Shown piece by piece: positions 63,748-64,000 of a stretch of DNA of 64,000 nt. Both the position numbers and the translations under genes were made by a program. The notes beneath the pieces were generated by a model that was not told where the DNA came from, ran no database searches, and worked only from the letters and a program-made list of their open reading frames with translations. The DNA comes from Nitrospirota bacterium. Lineage in GTDB: Bacteria; Nitrospirota; Thermodesulfovibrionia; Thermodesulfovibrionales; JdFR-88. The DNA lies in assembly GCA_021825295.1 (NCBI GenBank), contig JAKAHV010000006.1, forward strand, positions 18,026-82,025. Direction: 5' to 3'. Numbering within the stretch: the stretch's first letter is position 1; each line of letters begins with the position of its first letter.

Positions 63748-64000
63748 TTGAGGCACCGTCCGGGACGCCTTGTCCTTTTCCTTCTGGTCCTTTTACTGGC
63801 AGCGCCATGCGCGGCCCGGGAACCGGACAAGGCCGTCACGCTAATCACGCAAAAGGAGGCCGCGATGAAAGATGCCCCTTCCGGCCTCCAGGAAATAGGC
63901 CGCCCGCTGAACGACGGGCCGGCGATTAAGGTTATCGCCCCGGAGACGGACGGGACATACCGGTCTCCGCTGAAGATAATCGTGCAGTTCCTGCCCAGGT
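63748..64000 (+). CDS. Secreted hypothetical protein, 3' end beyond the window
   Basis: TTG start 2 nt after the upstream stop. It has the signal-like N-terminus RHRPGRLVLFLLVLLLAAPCAA, and the frame stays open to the right edge. Confidence 0.4.
   Translation, partial: MRHRPGRLVLFLLVLLLAAPCAAREPDKAVTLITQKEAAMKDAPSGLQEIGRPLNDGPAIKVIAPETDGTYRSPLKIIVQFLPR

Overview
This is a 64-kb chromosomal window from an unidentified high-GC diderm bacterium. Hand counts on sample 60-nt lines give about 63-65% GC in core genes. The gene content suggests an anaerobic Desulfobacterota/Nitrospirota-like lineage: an NtrC-type sigma-54 regulator, archaeal-type ApgM, rubredoxin plus an erythrin-like protein, DsrE-like proteins and a TatD-radical-SAM fusion. 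The taxon cannot be assigned by inspection alone. Positions 1 to about 7150 form a compositionally foreign accessory (defence) island. It holds a Type III-like restriction-modification operon in the atypical order res -> 103-aa 'RHPE' protein -> DUF2283-like protein -> mod. The mod gene runs off the left edge and is absent from the ORF track. Directly upstream is an even AT-richer two-gene operon: a 94-aa orphan protein translationally coupled to a minimal dCTP-deaminase-family enzyme. This pair is my top candidate for an undescribed nucleotide-depletion-type defence module. The remaining ~57 kb is mostly housekeeping: yggS-proC-yggT-divIVA-hisS; a giant PAS/GAF histidine kinase with a CheY-like regulator; TatD-rSAM; apgM; rpmH-yidD-yidC with no rnpA; pdxA; a TolC-MFP-RND efflux operon; an NRAMP-related transporter with altered metal-site motifs, coupled to a 58-aa membrane peptide and a soluble PRC/MgtE-N/CBS protein; a cobalamin riboswitch-cbiMNQO-Cys-rich protein operon plus an OM channel; pth-rplY-prs-tRNA-Gln-ispE-TPR; hisCB; an oxidoreductase-HAD-TPP enzyme-nadB operon; tatA-HK-NtrC with a sigma-54-type promoter in front of a Lys-tailed secreted protein; PilZ; guaB; scpB; HD-GYP; rubredoxin/erythrin; a miniature DsrEFH-like trio; a PEPCK-family gene; an S2P protease; trpS; DUF488; and lipoproteins. 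Intergenic DNA carries several hairpin/TIR repeat families (MITE-like X, Y and Z elements sharing a CCCGCC-N4-GGCGGG core). It also carries a duplicated promoter/leader cassette present once with and once without an HTH gene. I saw no rRNA, CRISPR array, integrase or transposase gene. Most long track ORFs lying antisense to these genes are high-GC artefacts.
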